A stretch of 64,000 nt of DNA from Oikopleura dioica. Its lineage: Eukaryota; Animalia; Chordata. Shown piece by piece: positions 39,475-52,819 of the stretch. How positions within the stretch are numbered: position 1 is the stretch's first letter; every line of letters starts with the position of its first letter. Position numbers and translations under genes: made by a program. The notes beneath the pieces are model-generated. The model did no database searches, had not been told where the DNA came from, and worked only from the letters and a program-made list of their open reading frames with translations. The DNA lies in assembly GCA_907165135.1 (NCBI GenBank), contig OU015567.1:5890001-5954000 (forward strand). The letters are read 5' to 3'.

Positions 39475-41361
39475 AGTCTTTTCGCCAAATGAGACAAAAA
39501 GGGACGAAATTTTAGGAGTCCTGTCAGTTTTTATCGAGTCTCCTCGTTGTCATCCGTTTGAAAGTACCGTAGCTCATCATAATCGCAGGGAAATGTACCA
39601 TATTTAGCGGTATTGTTTGCTATTCTCTCAAGTGAATCCTCTCGGTACGGTCTAGTGTTTGTCCTAAAAACGGAAACAGAAGAGCGGTCCCGAAATAATT
39701 TGTCAGTCGTAATTGATCGCGCATCAGTCGCCTTTCAACTTGCCGCCTGCTCTTCTCCTTTCAGAGCCGATTATTACGATTACGACTCAACTGCGCTTTG
39801 TTTGACAGATCCACAAACTCATTTTCGTAAAATTCAAATTTGCAATTATAAAAAATGCTCCCTTTGATGCTCAGTGGGAGCAATTTTCGCTAATTCGCTA
39901 CGGTTAAGTGTGAGACAGGAAGTAAAGTTGAATCCAAATTGCAATTTCCTCAGAAAAGGGGGACCTGGGAGACAGTGGCAATTTGTCACAGCTACAGGTA
40001 AACAGAAATGATCAATATACAGTAAATCAGAAGGGAAACTCTAATTACCTTGACTGATTACTGAATTTGCTCTGATGGAGTCTCCCTTTTGTGAAAAGTT
40101 GGAAAAGAGGACTTTGGCTTGTTGAACATGCTCGAGAGGGTTAAATCTCGTCTTGCTCAACTCAAGTGGCCTCGGAAAAAATGGCCGATTGACCCGTTAA
40201 TCAATTCAAAAAAAGCCCTTGCTCTCGTTTTCTGGGCCCTTGAGTTTCATGTTTTTGAATCTCTCTCCTCTTTTTTAGTAATCCAAGTTTCTATTACAAT
40301 TTTTGCGAAAAAAAGCTGTTTGATGAAAGTTTCAAAATGACCTTCTAAAAGTATGTCAATCTTGCTTGCCAGCTGATGATGCCCCTGCTTGATACAGTCG
40401 TCGGTACTGTTATTCAGCCAAACAGTATTTATTATTCTGCCCCTCTGGTCGGATGTAAACAACCAACTTTGAGCAAAGAGTTCCCAGCGGCCCGCTATCG
40501 AGGTCAGAATAACTCGCCAAGGGGATCAAAGCCAGCTCGATTTTACGCTAAAAACGCGTTTTTACCCAACTTCATTATCAAGAGGCATCTTTTTGCTCCA
40601 GCGACCAAATACACTTACCAATAAACACAAAATTATAGCGACTTGAAATCGCCACTAAAACTTGCATTTCATGGGTTTTTCGTTAACTGCCCTAATCGGC
40701 CAAATTAGTCCATGATTTCAGGAAGATCCTGAACTGCTGAATCTTGAAAAGAGCAGATATATCATCTATGGAATAAGTTAAGTTTCCGTAAAGGGAAATA
40801 ATCTCGTTATTAGGCAGACAGATCAGTTTAATCCGTCTCCTCTGACTGCTCGAATCATAAATTCTGCTACCAGTGATGTCGTTTTCCTCAAAGGAAACTT
40901 GAATGCTTTTAATTGAAATCTATAGATACGCACGTGCTTACAGTTTCCGACAAAAATGAACTTTGAGATGCCCAAACTGAGAAGCAAAATAATTCTAGCT
41001 GGTGAACCTGTCACTTGCCCCCTTATCAATCGAGCACATCATAATTTCCGATTGCTTTTATATTGCCTCGCACCTGCAGGATCGCCATCCAATGCACCTC
41101 CTCCATAATCACCTACATGCAGTCCAGGCTGGAGCTGGTCCGATGGGCATCAGCTGGCGCTGAGCCAACGGGTGGCCATTCGGAGCTCGGGCACTCGCGC
41201 GCCATCGCTCTGAGAAATATTTTGCTCAAAAAGTACCTCGGCAAGGACACGACTCAAACAGAAACGAAATCATCCCCAAATACATAAAACACCCAATACC
41301 AATTATTTTCAACGCCAAAGCTAGAGACAAGAACAGCGCTAAAACAGAGACTATCATACCA

Positions 41362-44300
41362 ATGATGATGCTAGAAAACCAAACTCCTCAGAAACTCGAC
41401 ATGGAGCCAGAAAAAACCAAAGGCAAACGAAAGTAAGTACAGTCAAAGCCTCAGTAGCATTTTTCGAATAAGAATTTTTGGATGAGTCCTCGTTGATTTC
41501 AAAAAATTTTCAAATATAGTAGCCTACTAAGGAAAGGCTTCTTTTTTGTCCGAATAATTTCCGGAAGTGAAAAACTTTCCGCTCACTTGTTCGTCCACAA
41601 TTTTCAATAATGCATAGAACACTTAAAAACTTTAAAGTTTGCTCAGCCTCGTCCAGCAGTTCCGGGGTTGGAAAGATTGAAAAGGCGTTTGCTTTGCACA
41701 ATTGTTCCAAAAAAGAAACATAAAAGCCCGCAGGATCTGGCGTTACCTCCCGCCATGATCAGCCTCAATTCATCCCTTTCAACTTGAGCAATAAAAATAA
41801 TAAGCTCTCTTTTTTCTTATCAGTATTTTTTAGCCTAGTTTTCTTGAAAGTTTGTTGATAGTACAATTTAGGACGGTCGATCCGATCGGAAAAGCTCGTA
41901 AATCACGATCTGATTGTCAATCAGAGTATTTTGAGCTTTTCCGAATTTCCGAATATCGATCAGGGTCGGAAGTAATTACGATAAAACGGTCTATGTATAG
42001 GCTATTTAGGGCGCTTATGGGGTTGGCCCATAATTTGTCAGACCCCATACCGAGCAATGTATCGATCCACAGGTCTCTCATGCGGAAAAGTCGAGGCGGC
42101 AGTTTGGTCCTTCTCAAGGACTATTAAGGGATTATGTTTATAATGAATAGGGGTTCGAGACACAAGAGAGGATCCTCCTTGAGCCTTTTTTCGGCTCCAG
42201 GCGGCGGGGAGATCAAAGCAGGCTACTTTGTATAGACACCCAGAAATCAGCGGACGGAAGAAAGAGTTGACCCGTGTGCTCGGGCTATCTCAAGGGCTCA
42301 AGGGGCCTCTAGGGCCCTATGGTTAACCCATTTCCGACAAAGCCTGTAAAAACATCTTTTCAGATATCAGCGCCGAGGAAAACCTCCATACAGCTACGTC
42401 GCCCTCGTCGCCATCTGCATCCAATCTTCTCCTTCGAAAAAACTTCGACTCCGGGAAATTCTGAAGAACATCGAGCAAATGTTCCCCTTTTTTCAGGTAA
42501 GAAAAAAATTTCCTCAACATACGGCGAAAAATAGAAAATCCATTATCGGGGCCTAGTAACTAGGCCCTAGTTTCTAAGTGATGTCATCTGGTCAAGAGGG
42601 CTTCAGAATCGAAGTTGAACATCCTTCTACAAGAGGTAGATCTCCTGCCCGTGGTGAAATTATTATGACAAATAGAGATAAAAATCCCCTTGACCTGATT
42701 TGATAAGATTTTATTTTGCCCCCTTCCTTGACCTAGAAAGCCGGAGATTTAGCGGAATTTTCCGGCTTGAAGGTACTGTTATTCGAGCTTGACTAACTCG
42801 AGCTTTAGTACTAGCACTGTTCAACACCTGTGAGCACCACCAAGCGCCACTGGAGCAGTACTAGGTTAGAAATGAAAATAAACTACAGCAGAACAAGCAC
42901 TAAGCTCATTACGCCTGGGATTAAACTAGATATTCTCGAATGCTTCAGACCAAAAACATAAATACACAAGGGCCCTCCCTTTCTCATCCCCCTTTTTGTG
43001 AGAAAGTGAAAGTAATTAGTAGCATTCAATTTGACCTGCATAAAATTGCCAAGAAAGTGGTCGCAAAGCTAATTCGCCGCTCGCTATAAAATCGCATCTC
43101 CAATAAACCTTCGCGCCGGAACCATTATTTCAAAGTCAAATTTTAGGGCGATTATCGCGGCTGGAAAGACTCTGTCCGCCACAATCTCACGCAAAACGAC
43201 TGCTTTCGCCAAATCCTTCGCGATCCATCGAAACCGAACGGCAAGGGCAACTTCTGGACCGTCGCCGTCGAGGCTATTTCTGGAGAAATGTATAAACGGC
43301 AAAATACCTCCGTGGCGTACCAAGCTCCTGAAGGAAAGACTTATGTGGCGGATCTTCGCCAAGTGTACGATTTCTTCAGCGGAACTCCTAAGCCTGGCGT
43401 CCCTCACGACCCCAGTAATCCCATGACCATCTTCGAAAACGTCATCTTGCAGGACATCTCTTCTCCGAATCCAGCGCTCGATTTCAAAGGCCAACCGGAT
43501 CTTCCTCCATTCGCTAACCCGCTGCTAAACCCCTTCGCCCTGGCTCATGCTTACAGACAGCAACAGCAACATGCTCAAATTCAGGCTCAACATCCGGCTT
43601 CTCAGACATCCGGCTTTATGATGCCCATGCCTAGCAATAACTTTTCCTACGCCAACTCTACTTCTGGCTCGTTGTCATCCTCCCCAAGCTCGAGTTTTTC
43701 CGAATTCAGCCCCAAACGTCTGAGCCCATCGTTTCCCCTCTCCCCCGCCGACATGCTCCGGAACTCGCCGGTACAGGAAGCAAAACAAAACGAAGAAGAC
43801 AAAGTTTCATCCTCGAGCAGCAGCGAGCGAGCCGATTCTCCTACCGGCGTGGTGGAACATCGACCAAGGAGCAAGCCCACTCTGAAACGAAAACGCTCGC
43901 CGGAAGAAGAAAAAGAGCTCCAGGAGCAAAGCGAAATCAAAAAGTGCAAACAAGAATTGAAGAAGACGGCGCGGAAAGTCAATGTCTACAATCTCGACTC
44001 GGGCGTCACTCCTCCAAACGTCGCGCTGCCAAATGTCAAGCCAAAAGCAGTGAGCACTGGGCACAAGCACTCGATCCGATCTATTCTTAATCTGGATCAG
44101 TCTGAAGACCTTTCGAACGGACCACCAGTCGTGGAACTCGACGGAAGACGACAACTCTCTCCACCAGTTTCCACTCCGCCAGGCGTCTCTCAGCCAAATC
44201 CTGCCAGCTTTGTCGGAGCCATGTCCTACTTCCCTTCACAAATGTCAATTCCACAGATGCCCGCGGTACCACTTCCTGACTTTTCTGCTCAGACGAATGC

Positions 44301-44367
44301 GAATCTGCTGTACTCGCCCTGGTATCCATCTTCATTCATGTCCACTTTGGCGCCCAAAAACCTGTGA
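41362..44367 (+). CDS. FOXH1: Forkhead transcription factor, FoxH class (exons 41362-41432, 42364-42496, 43147-44367)
   Basis: [77 protein letters not shown] and RQNT are FoxH-type; eh1-like HSIRSIL present. Confidence 0.85.
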
Positions 44368-44635
44368 AATTCCGAAACAAGTGCTTCCACCTTCTTTTCT
44401 GAAAATATGCAGAACCTTGTACATTTGAAAATGGCACATTCCAAAATAAATTATTTACTTCAACCTTTTTTCCTCGAAAATTTATCAAGAGCAGAAGACA
44501 GGTCCATTCGTTGTGCATTTTCCCCAGGTGCAAAAGTTCTAAGAGAATATGAAAATTGATTACAAGGAGGAAAGCTTATAAGCAGTGTGAAATGTCGAGC
44601 GTGAACTTTTGAAGGAAAAAATAAGAAAAAGGAAA

Positions 44636-45143
44636 ATGGAAGAGAAAAATAAAAGATCGAGAACTCGCTTTACGAATGCACAAATAAAGGTTTTCTTCCT
44701 TGATCTCAATATTTGCACAAGTCTACTTCTCATTTTAGAGCCTGGAAGAATACTTTTCCCGAACACATTATCCTGGTATGCGAATAACAGTCGGATAAAC
44801 GGTAGTTTGATTTAGATATTTTTCTACGAGAAGTGATTTCTTCCAGCCTCGATCTCCCGGAAAGCAGGATTCAAGTTTGGTTCCAAGTAAAGAAAATATA
44901 TAAAGAAAATCCTTAAAAATCAAGAATCGCCGAGCGAAATGGAAGCGAGATCGAAAGAAGAAAACAGCTTGGGAGGATCCGGGGATAAAAACGGGGATGA
45001 TGAGCACTGAACAAGTTTTTTCCGAATGTCTTCAAGTCTCTTCCGAGTCTTTTACCGATATTACTTTGCCAGATGGGAATGAAGAGGCGGTGAATTTCAG
45101 GAGCCAAGATGGAGGACTTACGATTTTCAGAAAGGATTTTTAA
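44636..45143 (+). CDS. PRD-class (Q50) homeobox protein, 4 exons
   Basis: Spliced homeodomain KNKRSRTRFTNAQIK/SLEEYFSRTHYP/DIFLREVISSSLDLPESRIQVWFQ/NRRAKWKRD; GT-AG introns 44690-44738, 44776-44815 and 44887-44924. Confidence 0.85.
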
Positions 45144-45364
45144 ATAATGGAATTAATCAGAGAATTAATATTATTTTTAATTTTGTTAAATCCAAAAAAG
45201 TGATATTGCTGATGATTCTCAGGATCGATAAAAATAGTAAATAAATTTAAAAAGTTTATTTGAAAGCTTTTATCCGGGAAAAAGTCGACGATCTGGATGG
45301 CAAATCTTTCATCAACATTCACTCTTTTGGACTAGAACTTCAATAAATCGTATTCATTGTTCAA

Positions 45365-45574
45365 CAGGGCTCGGCAACCTGTGTACAAAAACTGACTCAG
45401 GACCTGAAAGAGCGTTGAGCGAAGCGGCTTTGCCAAAATAAAGAATAGATTAAGAAGGTGATTGATTTGCGAAACCGCTTTGCGGCTTCGTTTTGAAAAA
45501 AGCCGCTACGCGGCTTTTCATTAAAGCTATTCCAGGCCCTGAGTCAGGCTTTCTACATACGTTGCCGAGCTTAG
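45365..45574. mobile_element. hAT-like MITE family A
   Basis: CAGGGCTCGGCAACCTGTG ... GTTGCCGAGCTTAG with AAGCCGC hairpins. Confidence 0.8.
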
Positions 45575-46033
45575 GTATTCACTGTTCAAAAGTTGGTTCG
45601 ATAAATTTTACGAGTCGTTTTTGTTTGTGGATTATTATCTGTATTATTATGGTACTCGAGTACGTCCGGAATCAGAGCTCTCCTGCGGAAACAACTGCTT
45701 TCTCTATTAGGTTTTGATCATTCCCCGCGGAAACAATTACCGTTTCAAAGCTCTCGAGATCAGAAAGAGATACAGATGAACTTCTTAATTCGTTGCCAAT
45801 AGCTTGAGTCCAGTCAAAACCGCTAAAATGTGTGAGCGGATAAATGAGGAAAATAATGCGCCCAGCTGCAGGTTGAGCTTAACAGAAACACTAGTAGTTA
45901 TTAATGGCAAAATCAATAACCACAGTTTTGAGATAATTAGGGATAAGATGTTGACAGTTGTCCAAAGCAATATGCTACAATTACAGTTACTATTACAGTA
46001 AGTTACAGTCGGGAATCTTGTGTAGATCTGTAT

Positions 46034-46472
46034 CAACCTATGTAGAAAACCTTAGTCAGGGTTCTGAAAAAACTTTGATGAAAGCCGCGTAGCGGCTTTT
46101 TTTTAAGAAAAAGCCGCGAATCGGCTTCCCCAGAACTACCGTTTCACCTCACTCAATGAATGCTCGGTAACCTGTGTAGAAAACCTGAGTCAGGGTTCCG
46201 AAGCGAAGCCGCAAAGAATTGAAAAAATATATTGAAAGGGTTGTTTTGTTTTTTGAAAAGCCGCTATGCGGCTTTTATTGAATATTTTTCAGAACCCTGA
46301 CTCAGGTTATCTACACAGGTTGGCGAGCATTCATTGAGTGAATTGAAATGGTAATTTTGGCGAAGCCGCTTTGCGGCTTCGTTTTTAAAAAGCCGCTACG
46401 CGGCTTTTATGAGAGCCTTTTCAGAACCCTGACTCAGGTTTTCTGCACAGGTTGCGGAGCATTTATTGAGTG
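46034..46472. mobile_element. Family A MITE with another family A copy (46150-46340) at its centre
   Basis: Two concentric sets of arms; inner termini CACTCAATGAATGCTCG / CGAGCATTCATTGAGTG. Confidence 0.8.
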
Positions 46473-47677
46473 AAAATCTTTCTGAATGAAAAAAGGAAAT
46501 GGTTGGTCGATTCAATTAATTATAGTTTACTGTTTAGCGTGATAATTTGTTTTGAATTGAGCTTGGCAGTGTTTAGATTTTGAGGAAAAATTCTAATAGA
46601 GGATTCAAAGCATAAACACTGAGCGCTTTTGTTGAGTCCAGCGCGGCGCTGATGGATGTCCCATTCGAGGAGTGGCTCCGGAATAAATTGGCGAAATCAA
46701 TACTTCCTTCACACTGAGTTAATTACATTTTCATTTCGCTCGAGATTGAAAGGATGTATAAATAACGGACGGAGTGCTATTGGCATAACAATCACTGTCA
46801 CGGGCCCTGCCGCCGATATGTTAATTTTCTATTGTTAGTCGTGAAAAAGTGTTGCCCTAATTGAACGACTAAATGTCACAAAACCCAACTCACGTGACAG
46901 ATAGATCCACAGCTCGAACAGATGTGTGTATTCTATGGATTTTACATTCGGCAATTTCAAAAAAGTCAACTTCGAAAAAATATATCTCCTTTAAAAATAT
47001 TTTTTCGTCCTGAAAACTCGTGAAATTAAAAAAGAAAAACCAGTATTTCAACCAATCAGATGCGAGTTATTTCCATCCCAGCCAATCAAAAATCACCAAA
47101 ACCCAAAAAAAGCTGACAGAATAATTTTTGCGCCAAAAAATGGGTTAAACCAATTATTGGAGGTGATTTTATGAATCAGGGTTTTGATTGGCCGGTAGGC
47201 CAAATACAGCAATCTTATTGGCTTTCCAAAAATGAGCTTTCATAAATTTGTTTTGTCCCCAAAAATGACATTTTTTTTCAAAATCATCAATTTTTGTCCT
47301 CAACTTTCAATTTTCTACCGTAATAACAGTAGAAAATTCAGCGCTTCAGTTTATATTTGGCTGGCTGGAACTTATTTCCCATCAGTTTCCGGAGACGCAG
47401 ATGCTCCGAAATGCTACTTAATTTTCTTCGCTAGATGGCACTAGTTCGCATGATGCAAATATGGCATGAATATAGCCCTAACTCTCGGTGTAATTCTTGT
47501 GTAGACAATACTACGAGAGGGTGGCGCTGTTAAGATTCGGCGGCGCGCTTTGCTTACGCCCTTACATTAATCGCGCACTACAAGCTTTTGTCGAGTTTAC
47601 ACGAATACCTTGCTTGCTTACCAAGAATCCAAGAAACGCTAGAACCAAACCAGCTGAACAAAAAGAGAGATTGTTTC

Positions 47678-50600
47678 ATGGTCATTTCACTTTTGCCCGA
47701 ATCCAGCTCGTGTATGACTGCAATCAACAACAACGTAAGTCTCTAGTACAAAATCAATAGAAATTTCCGAGACAGATTAAATGTCTGACATTTATTACGT
47801 CGAACATGTACAACATCGTTATTACCGTCATTTTAGTCGGAATAGCGCCACTTTGGTAACATAGATGACCCTATATAAGAGCCTGTTTGTAATACATAAT
47901 CATAACGAGATTCAGCCAATATTCGTGGCCAAGGACATGGAAAAAGACGAAGCTCAAACGAATGCTTCTCAAACGAAACGACGAGAAGAAACCCCTTCTC
48001 CAATTTTGCGCCAAACACCACCGAGTAGAAACCTCTCCGAAAACAATCTCGGGAGCAGCCCCCATCGGCAACTTCCAGAAGCAGCTTCAATCCGAGTTCC
48101 TGTCCCTACTCTAGGTAAATCCCAAACAATCAATCAACTCTATCATCAATTCTACAATTCAGGCTCTCTCGAAAATGGCTTTCCCGGTCTTCTCGGCGAT
48201 CCGAATGCTCTCCGTCTTCTCCAAGCCTCGCTAAATCTCCAGAGACAACGAAGCATAAACCTGCCTCTAGAAGGCCTTCAAAGATACATCGGCACCTCCT
48301 CCTGGCCTCCTCCGACAGCACAAGCAGCTACGAGCACCGCCCTGCCAATTCCAACACCACTTCTGACTAGCGCTGGTCTTTTGGCTCCAACTCCAGCCGC
48401 CTTACAGGTACAGTAAAATAGAAAAAAGCAAGGACAAAATCAACAAAAGCAACGAAATCACAAATTGTCGCAAATCGTTTTGAAACCAAATAACTTTCGG
48501 AAATAGCCTATTTCACTATTACAAACAAAAAAAGAACGAAACATTACTCCTCTTCCCACAAATTTAGCACACTCAATCACTTGACTTTTTTCATCGTTTT
48601 TTCTCACCGATTTTTGATTTCAATTCTGAGTACAACTTTTCTGAATGAGAAAAATTATCGTTAAAAAACGAGAAGCCGCTTGCGGCTTCTCGTTTTTTAA
48701 TGTCAATTTTGTCAGTCAGAATCGCGGTCTCAAGAATCGGGAATTGATTTTTATTGTACAATCAATTACAAGCAGGTCTCTTGTTATGACCATAAAGCGG
48801 CGATCACAGAGTCTTTGAAACGATACAGTATTGGCATCTGACTGTTTCTGACAGAGAGTGTAGTTACAAAACTAATTAGCGGGTGGCTGTTACTGTCAGC
48901 CTTGCATGAACATTATTGACTTGTTCTGCTGAGAACAGTTGCTAATTGAAACTATGACTTGTTGGCCCAAATTAGCAAAAACTCAAGGAGATGATTTTCT
49001 ATTCTCCATTTTCCATTTTCCATTTTTGGAATCCAAAATTGAGTCTTCCATGATTTCAGTACTTTTCAATTCAATTTTTGCTTACGACTTTACATAGTAG
49101 TCATTAGCGAAAAGAATCATCGTCTGGGTGATTGAGTAAATTGATCATTTTTGGTAGCTCAGGTTTTACCGGAGAAGCTGATCGTCGCTGGTCTACGTCA
49201 AGTTGAGCCCGGCCGGGGACAATCCTGTCGGAAGTTGTCGCCCAAAACACGAATCGCATTCAATTTACGAGAGTTAATGTAATTATTACCATTACCATTA
49301 TTAGCTTCGTTTATTTCAAAATCGACGAAATCGTAATCATAATCATAAAATTTAAATTATATAGGTAATTTATACAGCTTTAGAGAGACATCATTTATTA
49401 AAATTTTCAAATAAGAAAATGACGGATAATGTTTTTTCCCAGACAAAATTACGTCCAGCGCTTGGAATTTACTACAAATGTGTCGTTTTAATAAAAAAAA
49501 TGAGACATTATTCAGCATTTTTTATCGCTTGGAGCGGGTGGAATTTTCATCTTTGAAGAGAAAGATGCTGACTCTTGAGTTGAGATTGATAAAGGTGCGG
49601 GGTCGTGAAAATTGAATGAATCTGTCGGACATGCAGGGAACGATCAACCACGGAATAATATTTGGGCAACCGGTTGGTTAACACTCAACCTCACAATGAA
49701 ACCACACGCGATTATTAATAAGCACCTATTTAGCGAATTTCAATTATTCAAGTAAGAAATCGCTTCTTTGTTGTAGTACCGCCATCTTTAAGTGTACACC
49801 ACAGCCACAGCCGGGCGGTCTATTATTTTAATCAAAAGAAGGATCGATACCACTATTCCAGAGCGGTCTTTTTTTTCAGACTCAAGTGTGCGAAAATTAG
49901 AAATTTTTATTGAAGAAATAAGGATAAGTCAATTGTTGGTCCAAGATTGTCCGAAAAACTTGTTAAGTAGAGCCCAAAATTGTCGTTTTTCCGCGCTCTG
50001 ATTGGCCACTTGCTCGTTATGAGTCATAGAGGTTTATTTGATTTCTTATGAGTCATAAAGCGCAAGTGGCCAATCAGAGCGCGGAAAATCGACAATTTTG
50101 GGCTCTACTTGACAAGTTTTGCGGGCAATTTCGGACCAAAGCTTTTGGTATTCTCCATGGCCTCAGACAAAAAAAAACGCGTATAAAAGGAAGGAATCAG
50201 GATTTCCTTTCTTTGCGAGAGGATTGACCAGGTACGGAAGCAGTCGACTGATGTGAATGATGCTCGCGCTCTTCCTCAGAGTTTTATGAGTTTATATTCC
50301 GAAGTTGTCGGAAAGTATGTATGATCAATGATCAACACGGCCGCCGATTCCGATCGATCATTTTCGTTCGCGTCAGCGTTGGAATCACGCAGTGGGTTGA
50401 TCTTCCGTACTCTTCGTTTTTCGCTGTTTATGGCCCGGTAAATCGCTGATTTTAACAAAAAAATATCTCGCCTCCATCCATCAGAATAAGGATTAAACTC
50501 GTCTTGCTCTGGTTGTTCTTGCTCGTGATGCCTGGCTCAAGCAGCTTAGCCTCTTTCAAAGGGGCTTTTAACACTGTTGATTTTTTCTTGGTTTTCTGGT

Positions 50601-52819
50601 CTAAGAAAGTAACGCTTTCGTAATTATAGCCAAAGCTCGTCGCGTTATTTACCAAATACCAACTTCAAACATCTCGCTTTTATCTACGCAGGGAGGTATC
50701 AAAGTCGGAGAATAAAAGGAAGCAGCTCTAGCGGAAATAATAAGTGCGAAATATTATTGGCACAACTCGTCGCGCTAGTAATGTATGTTTTGACTAAAAA
50801 GCATCTTATAATGGTATAATGGGCCCCAGTTCTTTGAACTCAAAGCCTGACGCAGATAAAGGGATAAACTCGCGGACCAAGATCTACTTTCTTCAGGCCA
50901 CCAACTCGAGAAGTCGAGTTAACGAATTGACACCCTTATTTTTTGCCTGCCAATATCCAGGCGCTGAAAAAGTTAAAATGAAAAGCCGCGCAGCGGCTTT
51001 TTTTATAACGAAGCTGCAAAGCGGCTTCGCCAGAATTTTAACAAGATTTAGATGACTATACTCAATATAAAATTAAATATATAAATATAGTCATTTAAAT
51101 CTTGTTGAAATTCTGGCGAAGCCGCTTCGTTTTAAAAAAAGCCGCTGCGCGGCTTTTCATTTTAACTTTTTCAGCGCCTGGATATTGGCAGGCAAAAAAT
51201 AAGGGTGTCAATTCGTTAACTCATTTTTTCCGTATTTCTCCTAAAAAAGAGTGGGATCTTATGACTTTTAGTCTGATAAAAGAACGAAACACTGTCGTCG
51301 AAATTCTCTGTATCAAATTCGGTCAAATTAGAAAACAATTAATAGAAACTAAAGAACAAGGCGAAAGTTCAGGTGTCGATTTGAATTGACGTCAGGTTAA
51401 GAACTTGATCTCCTGATCACCATCCTGTGATACTTCTTTAATTAATTTATTTTAGGATGGAGGAGCAGCGAATGGAGTCTTCAACCAGCCGCCGTTCGCA
51501 GACACTGGGATGATGCAAGCCTATGCTTTCCGGTAAGCAAATGAGATCGCACATTAAACTCATCACCGGTAATGAGGAGCCTGTTTACGGGCTACTAGTA
51601 ATTACCATGTAACGCGTCAAGTTGACAGCTGCGCCAATTAGTAGCGAAATAATAACAACGCAAAAAACATCGCCGTAAAGTCCAATAAAAACAGCCAATA
51701 CTTACCAGACAAATTTTATTTTAAAACGAGTTAAATGAGTTGTAAAATGTGCAGTTAACATCGAATTATGTCGATGTTTTACGGAGCAAATGTAAAAAAT
51801 GACAGCTTAGACGTAGCTTTTTGACTTAGTTTCGCCTCTAGGTATGGCTCTGCAGGACGATTTCCATCGAATGGACACCGGAAAAACGCTACTCGAGAAA
51901 ACACGGCGCCGTTGAAGAAATGGTTGGAGGAACACATGCGGAATCCTTACCCAACCAAGGCGGAAAAAATTACTCTTGCGATCATCTCAAGGTAAGCGGC
52001 TTACAGCGTCGTTTCCGCCGAACATTTCAATTTTAGCATGAGCCTTACCCAAGTGAGCACTTGGTTTGCTAATGCTCGTCGCCGGCTGAAAAAGGAAAAT
52101 CGAGTGACTTGGGAAACGCCACGAGAAGCTAACGGCTCTGATGAGCTAGAAGCTGAAACCGAAGAGCTAGAACGATCAAGAGGTAGGTTAAAAGGACTCC
52201 CCGTTTTTAATTATTAGGGAGTTAAAAATTGAAGTAATTTGAGATCTGACAAGCTTCTGTTAAAAGAATGGTGTACAGAAGCTTGAATAAAAGTCGACTT
52301 GAATAAACATAGCTAAAATCGGGCTCGAAAAATTACTATCCAATTTCAAATTCAGATTTTTACTGTTTTTACATCTTCAATAATCTCTGTCTAGAAACCG
52401 ACGCTCGAAACAACGATCAGACATCCTGTCCGTCGCCCCCTCGTCGAAGGTCACCAACATTCTCGTCTGCTCCTACAGCTGCGATTCCTTCTACTTTGCC
52501 CACGATTCCCACTTTACCTGGCCTTCGTCCAGGACTTCTAGGAGTAGCAGCGCCGGGCCACTTGCCATCGCTTCCGCCAGCGACCCATCTCTACCACCAG
52601 CTGTTGATGAATCAGATTCTAAGACCCGTTACAAGTCAGTTGCCCGCAGTGTCCGTGACTAGTTCCCTGGGCTCAAGTCCTCCAAAGTCAACAAACTCCG
52701 GAATCACTGACCCACCCGTCCAGCCGAGAAGGATATGGTCTGTAGCTGAAGAAATAGAACGCGCCAGAACTGAAAGTCCGGAAGAACATCCGTCCGAAGG
52801 CGAGAGCGAAAAAGCATAG
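47678..52819 (+). CDS. IRX: Iroquois TALE homeobox protein, 6 exons
   Basis: [63 protein letters not shown] plus Iro-box-like RRIWSVAE; frames of the upstream exons are consistent. Confidence 0.93.
49936..50139. mobile_element. Palindromic MITE in the Irx intron
   Basis: ~80-bp arms including GTAGAGCCCAAAATTGTCG..CGCGCTCTGATTGGCCACTTGC and its reverse complement. Confidence 0.85.
50916..51222. mobile_element. Near-perfect palindromic MITE in the Irx intron
   Basis: ~140-bp arms starting GAGTTAACGAATTGACACCCTTA; inner AAGCCGC hairpins shared with family A. Confidence 0.88.

Noticed and set aside
46034-46472. Bacterial REP/terminator or CRISPR-like array interpretation of the GC hairpins
   Set aside because: Eukaryotic context, no regular repeat-spacer periodicity and no cas genes; the hairpins are subterminal parts of TIR elements.
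50819-51389. ORFs containing MKSRAAAF / KKAAARLF (also at 45493 and 63114)
   Set aside because: Translations of the MITE arms, not genes.
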